Below, piece after piece: positions 19,352 to 28,788 of a stretch of DNA of 64,000 bases. A model generated the notes under the pieces. It made no database searches, was not told the DNA's origin, and saw only the letters and a list, made by a program, of their open reading frames with translations. The stretch covers positions 8,019 to 72,018 of the forward strand of contig CANRNW010000003.1 of NCBI GenBank assembly GCA_947632145.1, written 5' to 3'. Within the stretch, counting starts at the first letter, position 1. Each line of letters opens with the position of its first letter. The stretch comes from an uncultured Clostridia bacterium (lineage in GTDB: Bacteria > Bacillota > Clostridia > TANB77 > CAG-508). The translations under genes and the position numbers were made by a program.

Positions 19352-20575
19352 ATGGAAATAATAGAAATTGCAAATAAAATAAATAATGCAGGTGGAAGTT
19401 TATACTTGGTTGGTGGAGCAGTAAGAGATGAACTTATGGGAAAAGAAAATCATGATGAAGATTATTGTGTAACTGGTTTATCTTCAGAAGAATTTATAAA
19501 ATTATTTCCGATGGCACATATAAGAGGGAAAAGTTTTCAAGTATATGATATAGAGAATAAAGAATTTGCTTTAGCAAGAACTGAAAAAAAGGCTGGTTTA
19601 GGTCACAAGGAATTTGAAATAACAACAGATAAAAACATAACAATAGAACAAGATTTAAAAAGAAGAGATATAACTGTAAATTCAATAGCAAAGGATGTTT
19701 TAACAAATAAAATTATAGATCCATTTGGAGGAGTAGAAGATATAAATAATAAAACAATAAGAGCAACTTCAAATGCATTTTTAGAAGATCCTTTAAGAGT
19801 ATACAGAGTAGCAAGATTTGCTGCTCAGCTAGAATTTACAGTTGATAGTAATACATTAGAGTTAATGAATAGTTTAAAAAATGAACTAAATACATTATCA
19901 AAGGAAAGAGTATTTGAAGAATTTAGAAAGGCTTTGGCACAAAATAAACCATCAATATTTTTTGATATTTTAAAGAAAGCGAATGTATTAGAGATACATT
20001 TTAAAGAAATATATGATTTGATTGGTGCATTACAACCCGAAAAATACCATCCAGAAGGAGATGCATATAATCACACAATGATTGTACTAGATGAAATTTG
20101 CAAAAACACAGAAAATTTAAAAATAAGATTTGCGGGTTTAGTACACGATTTAGGAAAAGGGATAACACCAAAGGATGAATACCCTCATCATTATGGACAT
20201 GATGTTAAAGGTGCAAGTGTGGTAAAACAATTTGCAAATAGTTTAAAGATGCCAAAAGCTTGGGTAAAATGTGGCGTGATTTCTGCAACTGAACATATGA
20301 GAGGTGGAATATTTTTTGAAATGAGACCTGAAAAGCAAGTTCAATTTATAGAAAAAGTATCAAAATCAGAATTAGGATTAAATGGATTGCAATTGGTTGT
20401 AAATGCAGATAAAGGTGCAAGAAAAGAAACAAATAACTTCGAAATTCTAGGGAAAAAGATGTTAGAAGAAAGAAACGGAGAATATATAATAAAAAAGTAT
20501 GGGAATTTAAAAGGACTAGAAATGAAACAGAAATTACAACAAGAAAGAATTAAATATCTTCTACGGAAATATTGA
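19352..20575 (+). CDS. cca: CCA-adding tRNA nucleotidyltransferase (HD-domain type)
   Basis: GGAVRDELMG, RRDITVN, HD motif VHDLGKG. An in-frame CGG lies 3 codons before the stop. A +1 reading would end at 20597. Confidence 0.85.
   Translation: MEIIEIANKINNAGGSLYLVGGAVRDELMGKENHDEDYCVTGLSSEEFIKLFPMAHIRGKSFQVYDIENKEFALARTEKKAGLGHKEFEITTDKNITIEQDLKRRDITVNSIAKDVLTNKIIDPFGGVEDINNKTIRATSNAFLEDPLRVYRVARFAAQLEFTVDSNTLELMNSLKNELNTLSKERVFEEFRKALAQNKPSIFFDILKKANVLEIHFKEIYDLIGALQPEKYHPEGDAYNHTMIVLDEICKNTENLKIRFAGLVHDLGKGITPKDEYPHHYGHDVKGASVVKQFANSLKMPKAWVKCGVISATEHMRGGIFFEMRPEKQVQFIEKVSKSELGLNGLQLVVNADKGARKETNNFEILGKKMLEERNGEYIIKKYGNLKGLEMKQKLQQERIKYLLRKY
20564..20566 (+). other. In-frame CGG (cca), ambiguous +1 site
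   Basis: CTA CGG AAA TAT TGA versus CTA c GGA AAT ATT GAC TTT TTA CGA AAA AAA ATA TAA. Confidence 0.3.
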
Positions 20576-20647
20576 CTTTTTACGAAAAAAAATATAATAT
20601 ATATGTAGTTATTTAAAAGTAACAAATTTTGAGGAGGAAAAATTGTT

Positions 20648-21442
20648 ATGGGAGAAGTAATAGTTATAACATCAGGAAAGGGTGGAGTTGGAAAAACAAC
20701 AACAACAGCGAATTTAGGAGCTGCCCTAGCATTAGAAGGAAAAAAAGTAGTTTTAATAGATACAGATATAGGACTTAGAAACTTAGATGTAGTTATGGGA
20801 TTAGAAAATAGAATAGTATATGATATAGTAGATGTAGTTGAAGAAAAATGTAAATTAAGACAAGCATTGATAAAAGATAAAAGATTTGATGAACTTTTCT
20901 TATTACCAGCAGCCCAAACAAAAGACAAGAGTGCAGTAAATGAAACTCAAATGAGAGAATTAACATCAAAGTTAAAAGAAGAATTTGATTATATATTGAT
21001 AGATTGTCCAGCAGGAATAGAACAAGGATTTAAAAATGCTATAGCTGGAGCAACTAGAGCAATTGTTGTTACAACTGCTGAAATATCTGCAATAAGAGAT
21101 GCAGACAGAATTATTGGTTTATTAGAATCATCAGACATAAAAAATCCTGAATTAGTAGTAAATAGGTTAAGACCATCAATGGTTAAAAAAGGCGAAATGA
21201 TGGATGTTGATGATATCATAGATTTATTATCAATAGATTTAATAGGAGTAGTTCCAGATGATGAACACATAATAAGTCAAACAAATAAGGGAGAACCAGT
21301 AATACAAAATAGACATGCTCCATCAGGAAAAGCATATTTAGAGATTGCAAAAAGAGTATTAGGAGAAAATATTGATGTAACTATACCCGGTAGAGAAAAG
21401 GGATTTATAGCAAAAATAAAATCACTTTTTTCAAGAAACTAA
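20648..21442 (+). CDS. minD: Septum site-determining ATPase MinD
   Basis: VITSGKGGVGKTTTTANLG deviant Walker A. C-terminal amphipathic helix. Confidence 0.95.
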   Translation: MGEVIVITSGKGGVGKTTTTANLGAALALEGKKVVLIDTDIGLRNLDVVMGLENRIVYDIVDVVEEKCKLRQALIKDKRFDELFLLPAAQTKDKSAVNETQMRELTSKLKEEFDYILIDCPAGIEQGFKNAIAGATRAIVVTTAEISAIRDADRIIGLLESSDIKNPELVVNRLRPSMVKKGEMMDVDDIIDLLSIDLIGVVPDDEHIISQTNKGEPVIQNRHAPSGKAYLEIAKRVLGENIDVTIPGREKGFIAKIKSLFSRN

Positions 21443-21481
21443 TTCAATATAATATAATTACAAAAGTTTGGGGGTAAAAAG

Positions 21482-22144
21482 ATGTTTGAGAATATCGCTA
21501 ATTTTTTTAGAAAATTAATGAAATCAGAAAAAAAAGAGTCAGGCTCAAAAGATGCTGCTAAAGAAAGATTACACCTAGTATTGATGCAAGATAGAGCAAA
21601 TGTATCAGCTGACTTCTTAGAATTGATGAAACAAGAAATAATTGAAGTTATAAAAAAATATATAGAAGTAGATGAAAAAGAAATAGATGTTAGATTAACA
21701 AATAAAGAAAATGAGGATGGAACAAATGGTGCACCAGCTCTATATGCTAATATCCCAATTTTAAATATAAAAAATGAAATGAAAAAAGAAGTAATGGCAG
21801 AGAAAAGAGAAGAAAAAATTGAAGAAAAGTCAGAAGAACATGCAGAAGTAGAAAACCAAAGTACTGATGATGTAAAAAAGAAAAGCAATGATAATACTGA
21901 AGAAAGTCAAGATGTCGTAGAGGAAAGTGCTTCTCATATAGAAGATGTAAATGAAAATAATTCAGATACAGAACAAACTAGTGAAACCGAAAATAGTGTA
22001 GAGGTAAATGTTAATCATACAGAAGAAACAACAGAAAACATAGAGGAAACAAATATAGAATCAAATAATACACAACCAGAAACAGAGCAACAATCTGAAG
22101 AAAAAACTGAAGAAGTTGTTGTTAACCAAGTAAATAATATTTAG
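21482..22144 (+). CDS. minE: MinE with ~120-aa acidic C-terminal extension
   Basis: The first ~97 aa are canonical MinE (SKDAAKERLHLVLMQDR.., EIDVRL). The rest is Glu/Asn/Thr-rich low complexity. Confidence 0.85.
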   Translation: MFENIANFFRKLMKSEKKESGSKDAAKERLHLVLMQDRANVSADFLELMKQEIIEVIKKYIEVDEKEIDVRLTNKENEDGTNGAPALYANIPILNIKNEMKKEVMAEKREEKIEEKSEEHAEVENQSTDDVKKKSNDNTEESQDVVEESASHIEDVNENNSDTEQTSETENSVEVNVNHTEETTENIEETNIESNNTQPETEQQSEEKTEEVVVNQVNNI

Positions 22145-22243
22145 ATAAATTTTTAAAATAAAGTTTTAGGGGCGTAATTGATGTGTAGTGGCGCATGATT
22201 ACGCCCTATGTGATATTGATGATTTATAATTTAGGAGAAGATA

Positions 22244-23345
22244 ATGAATAAAAGAAATTTAAAAAATACTGAATGGACCATACTTATAATAAGCTTGGCA
22301 TTATTTGTAATAGGAATGATAGCATTATATTCTTGTACTCAATCTACAAATTTTGAAGAAATGAAAAAACAAATAATATGGTTTGCAATAAGTATACCAA
22401 TACTTATTATATTTATGGTAGTAGATTATGATTTACTTAGTAGGGCATCTTATGTACTATATGGAATATTCATATTGCTTTTGGTTGCAGTTTTATTTAC
22501 GCCAGAAATAAATGGCGCAAGAAGTTGGTTTAATATTGGTGCTTTTTCATTTCAACCAGGAGAATTCGCAAAAGTATTTGTAATACTAATGTTTTCAACA
22601 ATAATATGTAAATTTCAAGAAAAAGGAAAAAATGAAATAAATAATCCAATAAAACTAATAATATCACTAGCAGTTGTTGCTATTCCAGTTTTACTAATAG
22701 CAATTCAGCCAGATATAGGAACTGCAGCAGCATTTATAGTATCTACAATCTTTATATTATTTGCTGCCGGAATAGATAAAAAATATATATTAGTAACTTG
22801 TATTTTAATAGTTATTTTAGTTCCTTTAATATATATGTTTGTATTGCCAGATCATGCAAAAACTAGAATAGATGTATTTTTAAATCCAAACTTGGATCCA
22901 AGAGGTGCAGGTTATAACATAATTCAATCTAAACTTGCAGTTGGTGCAGGAAAAGTATTTGGAATGGGTATATTAAAAGGAAATCAAACACAATTAGGAT
23001 TCTTATACCCTAAAACAACAGATTTTATATTTGCAGTTGTGGGAGAAGAAATGGGATTTATAATTTCTACAACAGTTGTAATATTGTATGTATTGTTATT
23101 AACAAAAGCTATATATATTGCTAAAACTGCAAAAGATGATTTAGGTTCATATATTGCAACAGGAATTGCTCGGAATATTATTTTTCCATGTATTAGAGAA
23201 TATAGGAATGACAATAGGATTATTGCCAATAACTGGAGTTCCTCTACCTTTTATAAGTTATGGTGGAAGTTCTCTTATAACCAATTTTATTTTTATAGGA
23301 ATATTACTAAATATTAGTGCCAGAAGACAAAAATCGATTTTCTAA
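22244..23345 (+). CDS. rodA: SEDS-family peptidoglycan polymerase RodA (frame junction at CGG 23171)
   Basis: Track ORFs 22244-23317 and 23154-23345 join as ..ATGIA|GILFFHVLENIGMTIGLLPITGVPLPFISYGGSS.. when C23171 is skipped. Confidence 0.9.
23171..23173 (+). other. In-frame CGG at +1 frame junction (rodA)
   Basis: GCT CGG AAT in frame 0; GCT c GGA ATA TTA restores the conserved SEDS C-terminus. Confidence 0.85.
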
Positions 23346-23424
23346 AATAAAAAATAATCAGTATATTGCGTTGCTATTTTAAACAAGAAAAAAACGGTAT
23401 TTCTTGCTAGAAAGGATTAAAACA

Positions 23425-24405
23425 ATGTACATACATACATTAAAAATAGGAAATGTAGAATTAAATAATAATATATTTTTGGCGCCAATGGCGGGGATAA
23501 CAGATAGGCCATTTAGAATTATAAATAAGGAAAAAAGCAATCCAGGGCTTGTTTTTACAGAAATGATAAGTTCAAAGGCTATACACTATAAAGATGAAAA
23601 AACAAAAATGTTAGCTAATGTTTTAAATGAAATTCCTCCTATTGCAATACAAATTTTTGGAAGTGAACCAGAAATAATGGCAGAAACTGCAAAAGAACTA
23701 AGTAAAATTGCAGATATAATAGATATAAATATGGGATGTCCAGCTCCTAAAGTTGTTAAAAATGGAGATGGAAGCAAACTATTATTAAATTTAGATTTGG
23801 TGTTAGAAATAGTTAAACAAGTTGTTAGTGCAACCACAATACCTGTAACTGTAAAATTAAGAAAAGGCTGGAATAATGATAATATAGTAGCAGTTGAGGC
23901 TGCTAAGATTATAGAGAACGCAGGAGCAAGTGCAATAACAATTCATGGAAGAACTAGAGAAGAGTACTATTCAGGAAAAGTCGATTTAGATATAATAAAA
24001 AAAGTAAAAGAAGTGGTAGACATTCCTGTAATAGGAAATGGAGATATAAAAACAGCAAAAGATGCTTTAAAGATGTTCGAATATACTAATGTTGATGGAA
24101 TAATGTTAGGTAGAGCAACTCTAGGAAATCCTTGGATTATAAAGCAAATTAAAGATGAACTAGAAGGAAAGAAAACTTGTTTGCCAACTTTAGATGAAAA
24201 ATTAGATACAATAAAAAAACATATAGACTTAGAAATTGAAGAAAAAGGAGAATATGTAGGAATAAGAGAAATGAGAAAACACATTTCTTGGTATATTAAG
24301 AGTTTAAAAGATTCAAGCAGAATAAGAGAAAAGATAAATAATTTAGAATCAAAACAGGAAGTTATAGATTGTCTAGATGAATATTTTAAACAAATACAAA
24401 TATAA
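23425..24405 (+). CDS. dusB: tRNA-dihydrouridine synthase (DusB-like)
   Basis: LAPMAGITDRPFR, NMGCPAPKV, TIHGRTREEYYSG. Confidence 0.9.
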   Translation: MYIHTLKIGNVELNNNIFLAPMAGITDRPFRIINKEKSNPGLVFTEMISSKAIHYKDEKTKMLANVLNEIPPIAIQIFGSEPEIMAETAKELSKIADIIDINMGCPAPKVVKNGDGSKLLLNLDLVLEIVKQVVSATTIPVTVKLRKGWNNDNIVAVEAAKIIENAGASAITIHGRTREEYYSGKVDLDIIKKVKEVVDIPVIGNGDIKTAKDALKMFEYTNVDGIMLGRATLGNPWIIKQIKDELEGKKTCLPTLDEKLDTIKKHIDLEIEEKGEYVGIREMRKHISWYIKSLKDSSRIREKINNLESKQEVIDCLDEYFKQIQI

Positions 24406-24429
24406 TTGTATTATAAAATAATAAATAAA

Positions 24430-24519
24430 GCAGAAAATATAATAAAAAATAAAATACATTACAAATTATAATTTTTTTCATTTGCATTCGTTATTTTATT
24501 TTTTATTATATTTTTTTGC
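24430..24519. repeat. 27/28-bp AT-only inverted repeat with ~35-nt spacer
   Basis: GCAGAAAATATAATAAAAAATAAAATA (24430-24456) versus the reverse complement of 24492-24519. One mismatch and one extra A. Confidence 0.7.
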
Positions 24520-24631
24520 ATAGAAAAATCACAATGAAAATTTATTGTAAACGTGTAGGAAAGGACACCTCATTATTCTGTATTTGTAGGGATAGATCTT
24601 GTTCCCTCACGTAAGAAAGGATTGTGTTTTT

Positions 24632-25303
24632 ATGAAAAAAAATATTTCTATAATAATTGCTATTATATTGATTGTACTTGTAATTTTTTTGTTTTTTGTA
24701 AAAAATAATTATAAATTTTTCAATTTTGGAAATAATATGAGTAATAAATCAGCTGATGAAATTAAAAATTATATTTTAAATATGAATTCGTTTAGTGCAG
24801 AAGCAACGGTTACAATAACAAGCAATAAAACAACAAATACATATATATTTAATCAAAAGTTTAAAGGTAACCAATATATTCAAGAATTGTTAGAACCACA
24901 AAACATAGCAGGTTTAACTATAAAATATGATGGAAATCAAATAATAATAGAAAATACAAAAATTGGAGTATCCAAATTATATGAAGATTATAAATATATA
25001 ACAAATAATTCTTTATGTATAAATACATTTATTAGTGATTACAAGGAAGAAACTAATAAAAATAATGTATATGAAGAGAATGGAGCAATTATATTAGAAA
25101 CAAAAGTAAAAAATGAAAATGTATACAATGTAAATAAAAAGCTATATATAGACCAAAAAACAGGCAAACCAATAAAAATGGAAATACAAGATATTACACA
25201 AAACTTAAGGGTTTACATATTATATAATAAGGTAGAAATAAATACCTTGCAGGAAGAAAATATAGTAGCCTTTAAGCAAAATAGAATACAAGATATAATA
25301 TAG
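24632..25303 (+). CDS. Membrane-anchored hypothetical protein (YdcC/LolA-like by size and position upstream of mazF)
   Basis: N-terminal TM helix MKKNISIIIAIILIVLVIFLFF. The family call rests on synteny only. Confidence 0.45.
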   Translation: MKKNISIIIAIILIVLVIFLFFVKNNYKFFNFGNNMSNKSADEIKNYILNMNSFSAEATVTITSNKTTNTYIFNQKFKGNQYIQELLEPQNIAGLTIKYDGNQIIIENTKIGVSKLYEDYKYITNNSLCINTFISDYKEETNKNNVYEENGAIILETKVKNENVYNVNKKLYIDQKTGKPIKMEIQDITQNLRVYILYNKVEINTLQEENIVAFKQNRIQDII

Positions 25304-25375
25304 AAAAAGGTCTTTCTGCTAAATTTGAACTAATATTTAATGTATAAAATATACAAATTAGCAGGAGTGAATAAT

Positions 25376-25726
25376 ATGGTAGTAAAAAGAGGAGATATGT
25401 TCTATGCAGATTTAAGTCCAGTTGTAGGTTCAGAACAGGGTGGAGTAAGACCAGTGTTGATAATACAAAATGACACAGGAAATAAATACAGCCCAACAGT
25501 TATAGCAGCCGCAATAACATCACAAATGGGAAAAAATAAATTGCCAACACATATTGAATTAGATTCGGACGAATTTGGCTTAAAATCTGATTCAGTTGTA
25601 TTAGCAGAGCAAATAAGAACAATAGATAAAAGTAGACTTAAAGAGAAAATAGGCCATATTGATGATTTGAACGTTATGAATAGAATAAATAATGCATTAG
25701 GAGTAAGTTTCGGACTAGGTGAATAA
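25376..25726 (+). CDS. mazF: MazF/EndoA (PemK-family) endoribonuclease toxin
   Basis: [49 protein letters not shown] is near-canonical EndoA. Confidence 0.92.
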   Translation: MVVKRGDMFYADLSPVVGSEQGGVRPVLIIQNDTGNKYSPTVIAAAITSQMGKNKLPTHIELDSDEFGLKSDSVVLAEQIRTIDKSRLKEKIGHIDDLNVMNRINNALGVSFGLGE

Positions 25727-25884
25727 GTATGACAGAGGCGTATAAAAAGCGCCTCTATTTTTTTACAAAAATAATATTTACAACAATAAGAACCAATGAT
25801 ATAATCTATTTGTATTATAAAATGTTAAAATTAGGTCAAAAATATACATATCTACATAAAAGTAATCAAAAGAGGAGATATAAT

Positions 25885-26685
25885 ATGAATCAAATATTGA
25901 TGGTTGAAGGTAAAAATGGGAAAAAGAATAATAATACCATAGATATTAAAAAAATTGTTATGTTTTTTAGTGTAGCAATAATTATATTTGGTGGATTATT
26001 GATAGTAAATGGAATAACTGGGATAAATAAAAATAAACCTAAAGTAGCAGTAGACAAAACACCCAAACCACAAGTATCACCAACACCAAATGAATATGCG
26101 GATGATGAAGAAGCACCTGAAATTGAGTTATTATTATCAGGTGAAAAAGTAAGGATAGTTGCAAAAGATGATAGAGCAATGGATTATATAGAATATAGTT
26201 GGAATGATGATGAAGTAGAAAGAGTTAATATTGATGAAGAAACAGAAGATAAAACGCAAATGGAAACAAGTGTTAGCATATTGCAAGGAAAAAATACTTT
26301 AAATGTAAAGGTAGTAGATAAAGCTGGAAACGAACAAGAAAAAACACAATCATTCCAAGGAAAAGTAAAACCAGTAATTACTCTATTATTAAATTCAGAA
26401 CAAAATGGAGTAATAATAAAAGCTGAATGTACAGATGGTTTAAGTAGATTAGAATATACATTGAATGGAAATTGGTATAGGTTACCATTAGATTTATATA
26501 CAAAAGAAGAATGGGAAACAATCCCATCAGTAATATTAGAATGGTCTGAAGATGGAAAAATCATAAGTGCACAATATACTCAAATGCTATTAGAAGGTGA
26601 AAATGATTTCCATGTATATGCATATAGCAAAGAAAATTTAGTTGGAGAGGGAAGCGGAAAAAGGACATATACAGTACAACAATAA
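25885..26685 (+). CDS. Membrane-anchored hypothetical protein with Ig-like extracellular region
   Basis: GAGGAG SD, one TM helix, beta-rich ectodomain. Confidence 0.5.
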   Translation: MNQILMVEGKNGKKNNNTIDIKKIVMFFSVAIIIFGGLLIVNGITGINKNKPKVAVDKTPKPQVSPTPNEYADDEEAPEIELLLSGEKVRIVAKDDRAMDYIEYSWNDDEVERVNIDEETEDKTQMETSVSILQGKNTLNVKVVDKAGNEQEKTQSFQGKVKPVITLLLNSEQNGVIIKAECTDGLSRLEYTLNGNWYRLPLDLYTKEEWETIPSVILEWSEDGKIISAQYTQMLLEGENDFHVYAYSKENLVGEGSGKRTYTVQQ

Positions 26686-26718
26686 CACTATTAAAAATGT
26701 AAAACTAAAGGAGAAAAT

Positions 26719-27486
26719 ATGAGTATAAATAACTTAATGGCATATTTTTTAATATATTCATTTTTAGGATGGCTTTTAGAGTCTATATATAAAACGGTTT
26801 TAGAAAAAAAATTAGTTAATAGTGGATTTTTATACGGCCCAGTTTGCCCAATATATGGGTTTGGAGCATGGATAATGCTCATGTTTTTAAAAGATTATAG
26901 TAATAATATTGTGTTATTATTTTGCATTGGATTTTTTGTATTGTCAATATGGGAATACGTAGTTGGACTATTATTGGAAAAGCTTTTTAAAACTAAGTAT
27001 TGGGATTATTCAAACAAAAAATTTAACATAAACGGAAGAGTATGCTTACTAAATTCTTGCTTTTGGGGAATTTTATGTGTTATATTTATAAAATTGGTAC
27101 ATCCGCCAATCGAAAATATAATAATTCAAGTCCCAAAGGATTTGTTAGTTTATAATAATATTTTGTTATTTTCAATATTTATAATTGATTTTATATTTAG
27201 TGTAATTAAGATATATAACATAAATCTAAGTATAGGATTACTTAATGATATAAGTAAAAAAATAAAACAAGAACTTGATAGAATAAAAGAATATGCAGGT
27301 AATAAAGCTAAAGAGAGCGAAAAATTGCAAACTATTATAGAAGAATTAAAAGAAAAACAAGAGAGTTTGAAAAACAAGTTAGAAAAGCAAACAGTTAGAT
27401 TAAGAAAAGCATTTCCAACAATGAAACATTTAAAATTGCCAGAATTTATAAACCAAAGAATAGAATCTATTAGGAAAAACAAATAG
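26719..27486 (+). CDS. Polytopic membrane protein (DUF1113 / putative ABC-transporter type IV family) with C-terminal coiled coil
   Basis: FLIYSFLGWLLESIY..GFLYGPVCPIYGFGA signature. Confidence 0.6.
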   Translation: MSINNLMAYFLIYSFLGWLLESIYKTVLEKKLVNSGFLYGPVCPIYGFGAWIMLMFLKDYSNNIVLLFCIGFFVLSIWEYVVGLLLEKLFKTKYWDYSNKKFNINGRVCLLNSCFWGILCVIFIKLVHPPIENIIIQVPKDLLVYNNILLFSIFIIDFIFSVIKIYNINLSIGLLNDISKKIKQELDRIKEYAGNKAKESEKLQTIIEELKEKQESLKNKLEKQTVRLRKAFPTMKHLKLPEFINQRIESIRKNK

Positions 27487-27501
27487 AAATGAGGATTACA
27501 T

Positions 27502-28440
27502 ATGATGATACAAGAAATTTTTATAATTGATGAAGATAATGATCTTTTAAAAGAAATAAAAAGAATATTTAAAAATGAAAAAGAATTTAAATTTTTAAGT
27601 ATGAAAACAAATGAAATAGATATTGCGTTAAAAAATATACCATCTTTAATAATTATAAATGAAGATACAGTCAAAGAAAATATTATATCACTTTGTCAAA
27701 GAGTAAGAGAAAATGAAGATAATAGCATAACACCAATAATTGTATTGTCATCAAATAATCATAAACAACATAGAATAGAAATATTAAAAAATCAAGTACA
27801 ATATTATATTACAATGCCAGTTGATGATGAATATTTATATTATACAATAAAAAATATAATAGGGTTGATGTATAACAATAGAAGAGTAAGTCCATTAACT
27901 GGACTTCCTGGAAATGTTCAAATACAAGCAGAGATGAAAAAAAGATTATTAAATAAAGAAATTTTCGAGGTTTTATATTTTGATTTAGACAATTTCAAAG
28001 CATATAATGATATATATGGATTCTTACAAGGAGATGAAATTATAAAATATACGGCAAGAACAATAGTAAAAAATACACATAAAGAGGATGAGCTAAATTC
28101 TTTTGTTGGACATATTGGTGGGGATGATTTTATAGCCATAGTTGGAGAGAATGCAGATTACGAAAAAATATGCCAAGATGTTATTGCAGAATTTGATATA
28201 GGAATAAAAAATTATTTTTCAGAAGAAGACTATGAAAGAGGTTATTTAGAGGCAACAAACAGAAAAGGAGTGGTAGAGCAATTCCCACTTACTTCGATTT
28301 CTATAGGAGCTGTAATTGTAGATCCAAAAAGATTTTATAATACACTTGAAATTGCAGAAGTAGGAGCGCAAGTAAAGCATACATCAAAAATAATAATGGG
28401 TAGTAGTTATGTAATAGATAAAAGAAAATTAAGAGGGTAA
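27502..28440 (+). CDS. Receiver-like domain plus GGDEF-family domain (GGDDF variant)
   Basis: FDLDNFKAYNDIYGFLQGDEI..GHIGGDDFIAIV. The N-terminal REC-like fold lacks an obvious acceptor-Asp context. Confidence 0.75.
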   Translation: MMIQEIFIIDEDNDLLKEIKRIFKNEKEFKFLSMKTNEIDIALKNIPSLIIINEDTVKENIISLCQRVRENEDNSITPIIVLSSNNHKQHRIEILKNQVQYYITMPVDDEYLYYTIKNIIGLMYNNRRVSPLTGLPGNVQIQAEMKKRLLNKEIFEVLYFDLDNFKAYNDIYGFLQGDEIIKYTARTIVKNTHKEDELNSFVGHIGGDDFIAIVGENADYEKICQDVIAEFDIGIKNYFSEEDYERGYLEATNRKGVVEQFPLTSISIGAVIVDPKRFYNTLEIAEVGAQVKHTSKIIMGSSYVIDKRKLRG

Positions 28441-28510
28441 AAATACCATTTGACAATTTATTATAAAAAGAGTATAATAAATTTATGAATAAAAAACGGA
28501 GGTGTTTTAT

Positions 28511-28618
28511 ATGTCAACAGCTTGTACAAAATGTGATTATTGTGATGAAGATGGACATTGCTCAAATAGTAAGAACCCAGGAAAATGGTGTGAAGGAAAG
28601 TGTGAATATTATCACTAA
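28511..28618 (+). CDS. Small six-cysteine protein (35 aa, below track cutoff)
   Basis: GGAGG SD 7 nt upstream. Product MSTACTKCDYCDEDGHCSNSKNPGKWCEGKCEYYH. Followed by hairpin AGATTATTCG-n5-CGAATAATCT plus a T-run. Confidence 0.5.
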   Translation: MSTACTKCDYCDEDGHCSNSKNPGKWCEGKCEYYH

Positions 28619-28788
28619 GATTTTTAAGATTATTCGTAAAACGAATAATCTTTTTTTATGCATATATCTTGACAGTTTACAATAATCAATATAAAATAGT
28701 ATAGTGGAGTAAGTTAAATTATATAAAAAACATAAAATTATATATATTTATCTGAACATTGAAAATTAAATAGAAAGAGGTGCATATT

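Noticed and set aside
24517-24540. The shared motif TTGC(A/G)TAG(A/G)AAAATCACAA at 24517 and 39399.
   Set aside because: There are only two copies, ~18 nt with mismatches, in AT-rich intergenic DNA. There is no consistent position relative to genes.
28511-28618. The six-Cys peptide as a SCIFF-type ranthipeptide precursor.
   Set aside because: There is no adjacent radical-SAM maturase, and the sequence does not resemble the SCIFF consensus as I remember it.
28485-28685. Track ORFs 28485-28685 and 32258-32485 as genes.
   Set aside because: They have no SD, odd composition, and they run through terminator or SD elements. In both places a shorter ORF in another frame with a proper SD (28511-28618; 32319-32465) is more plausible.
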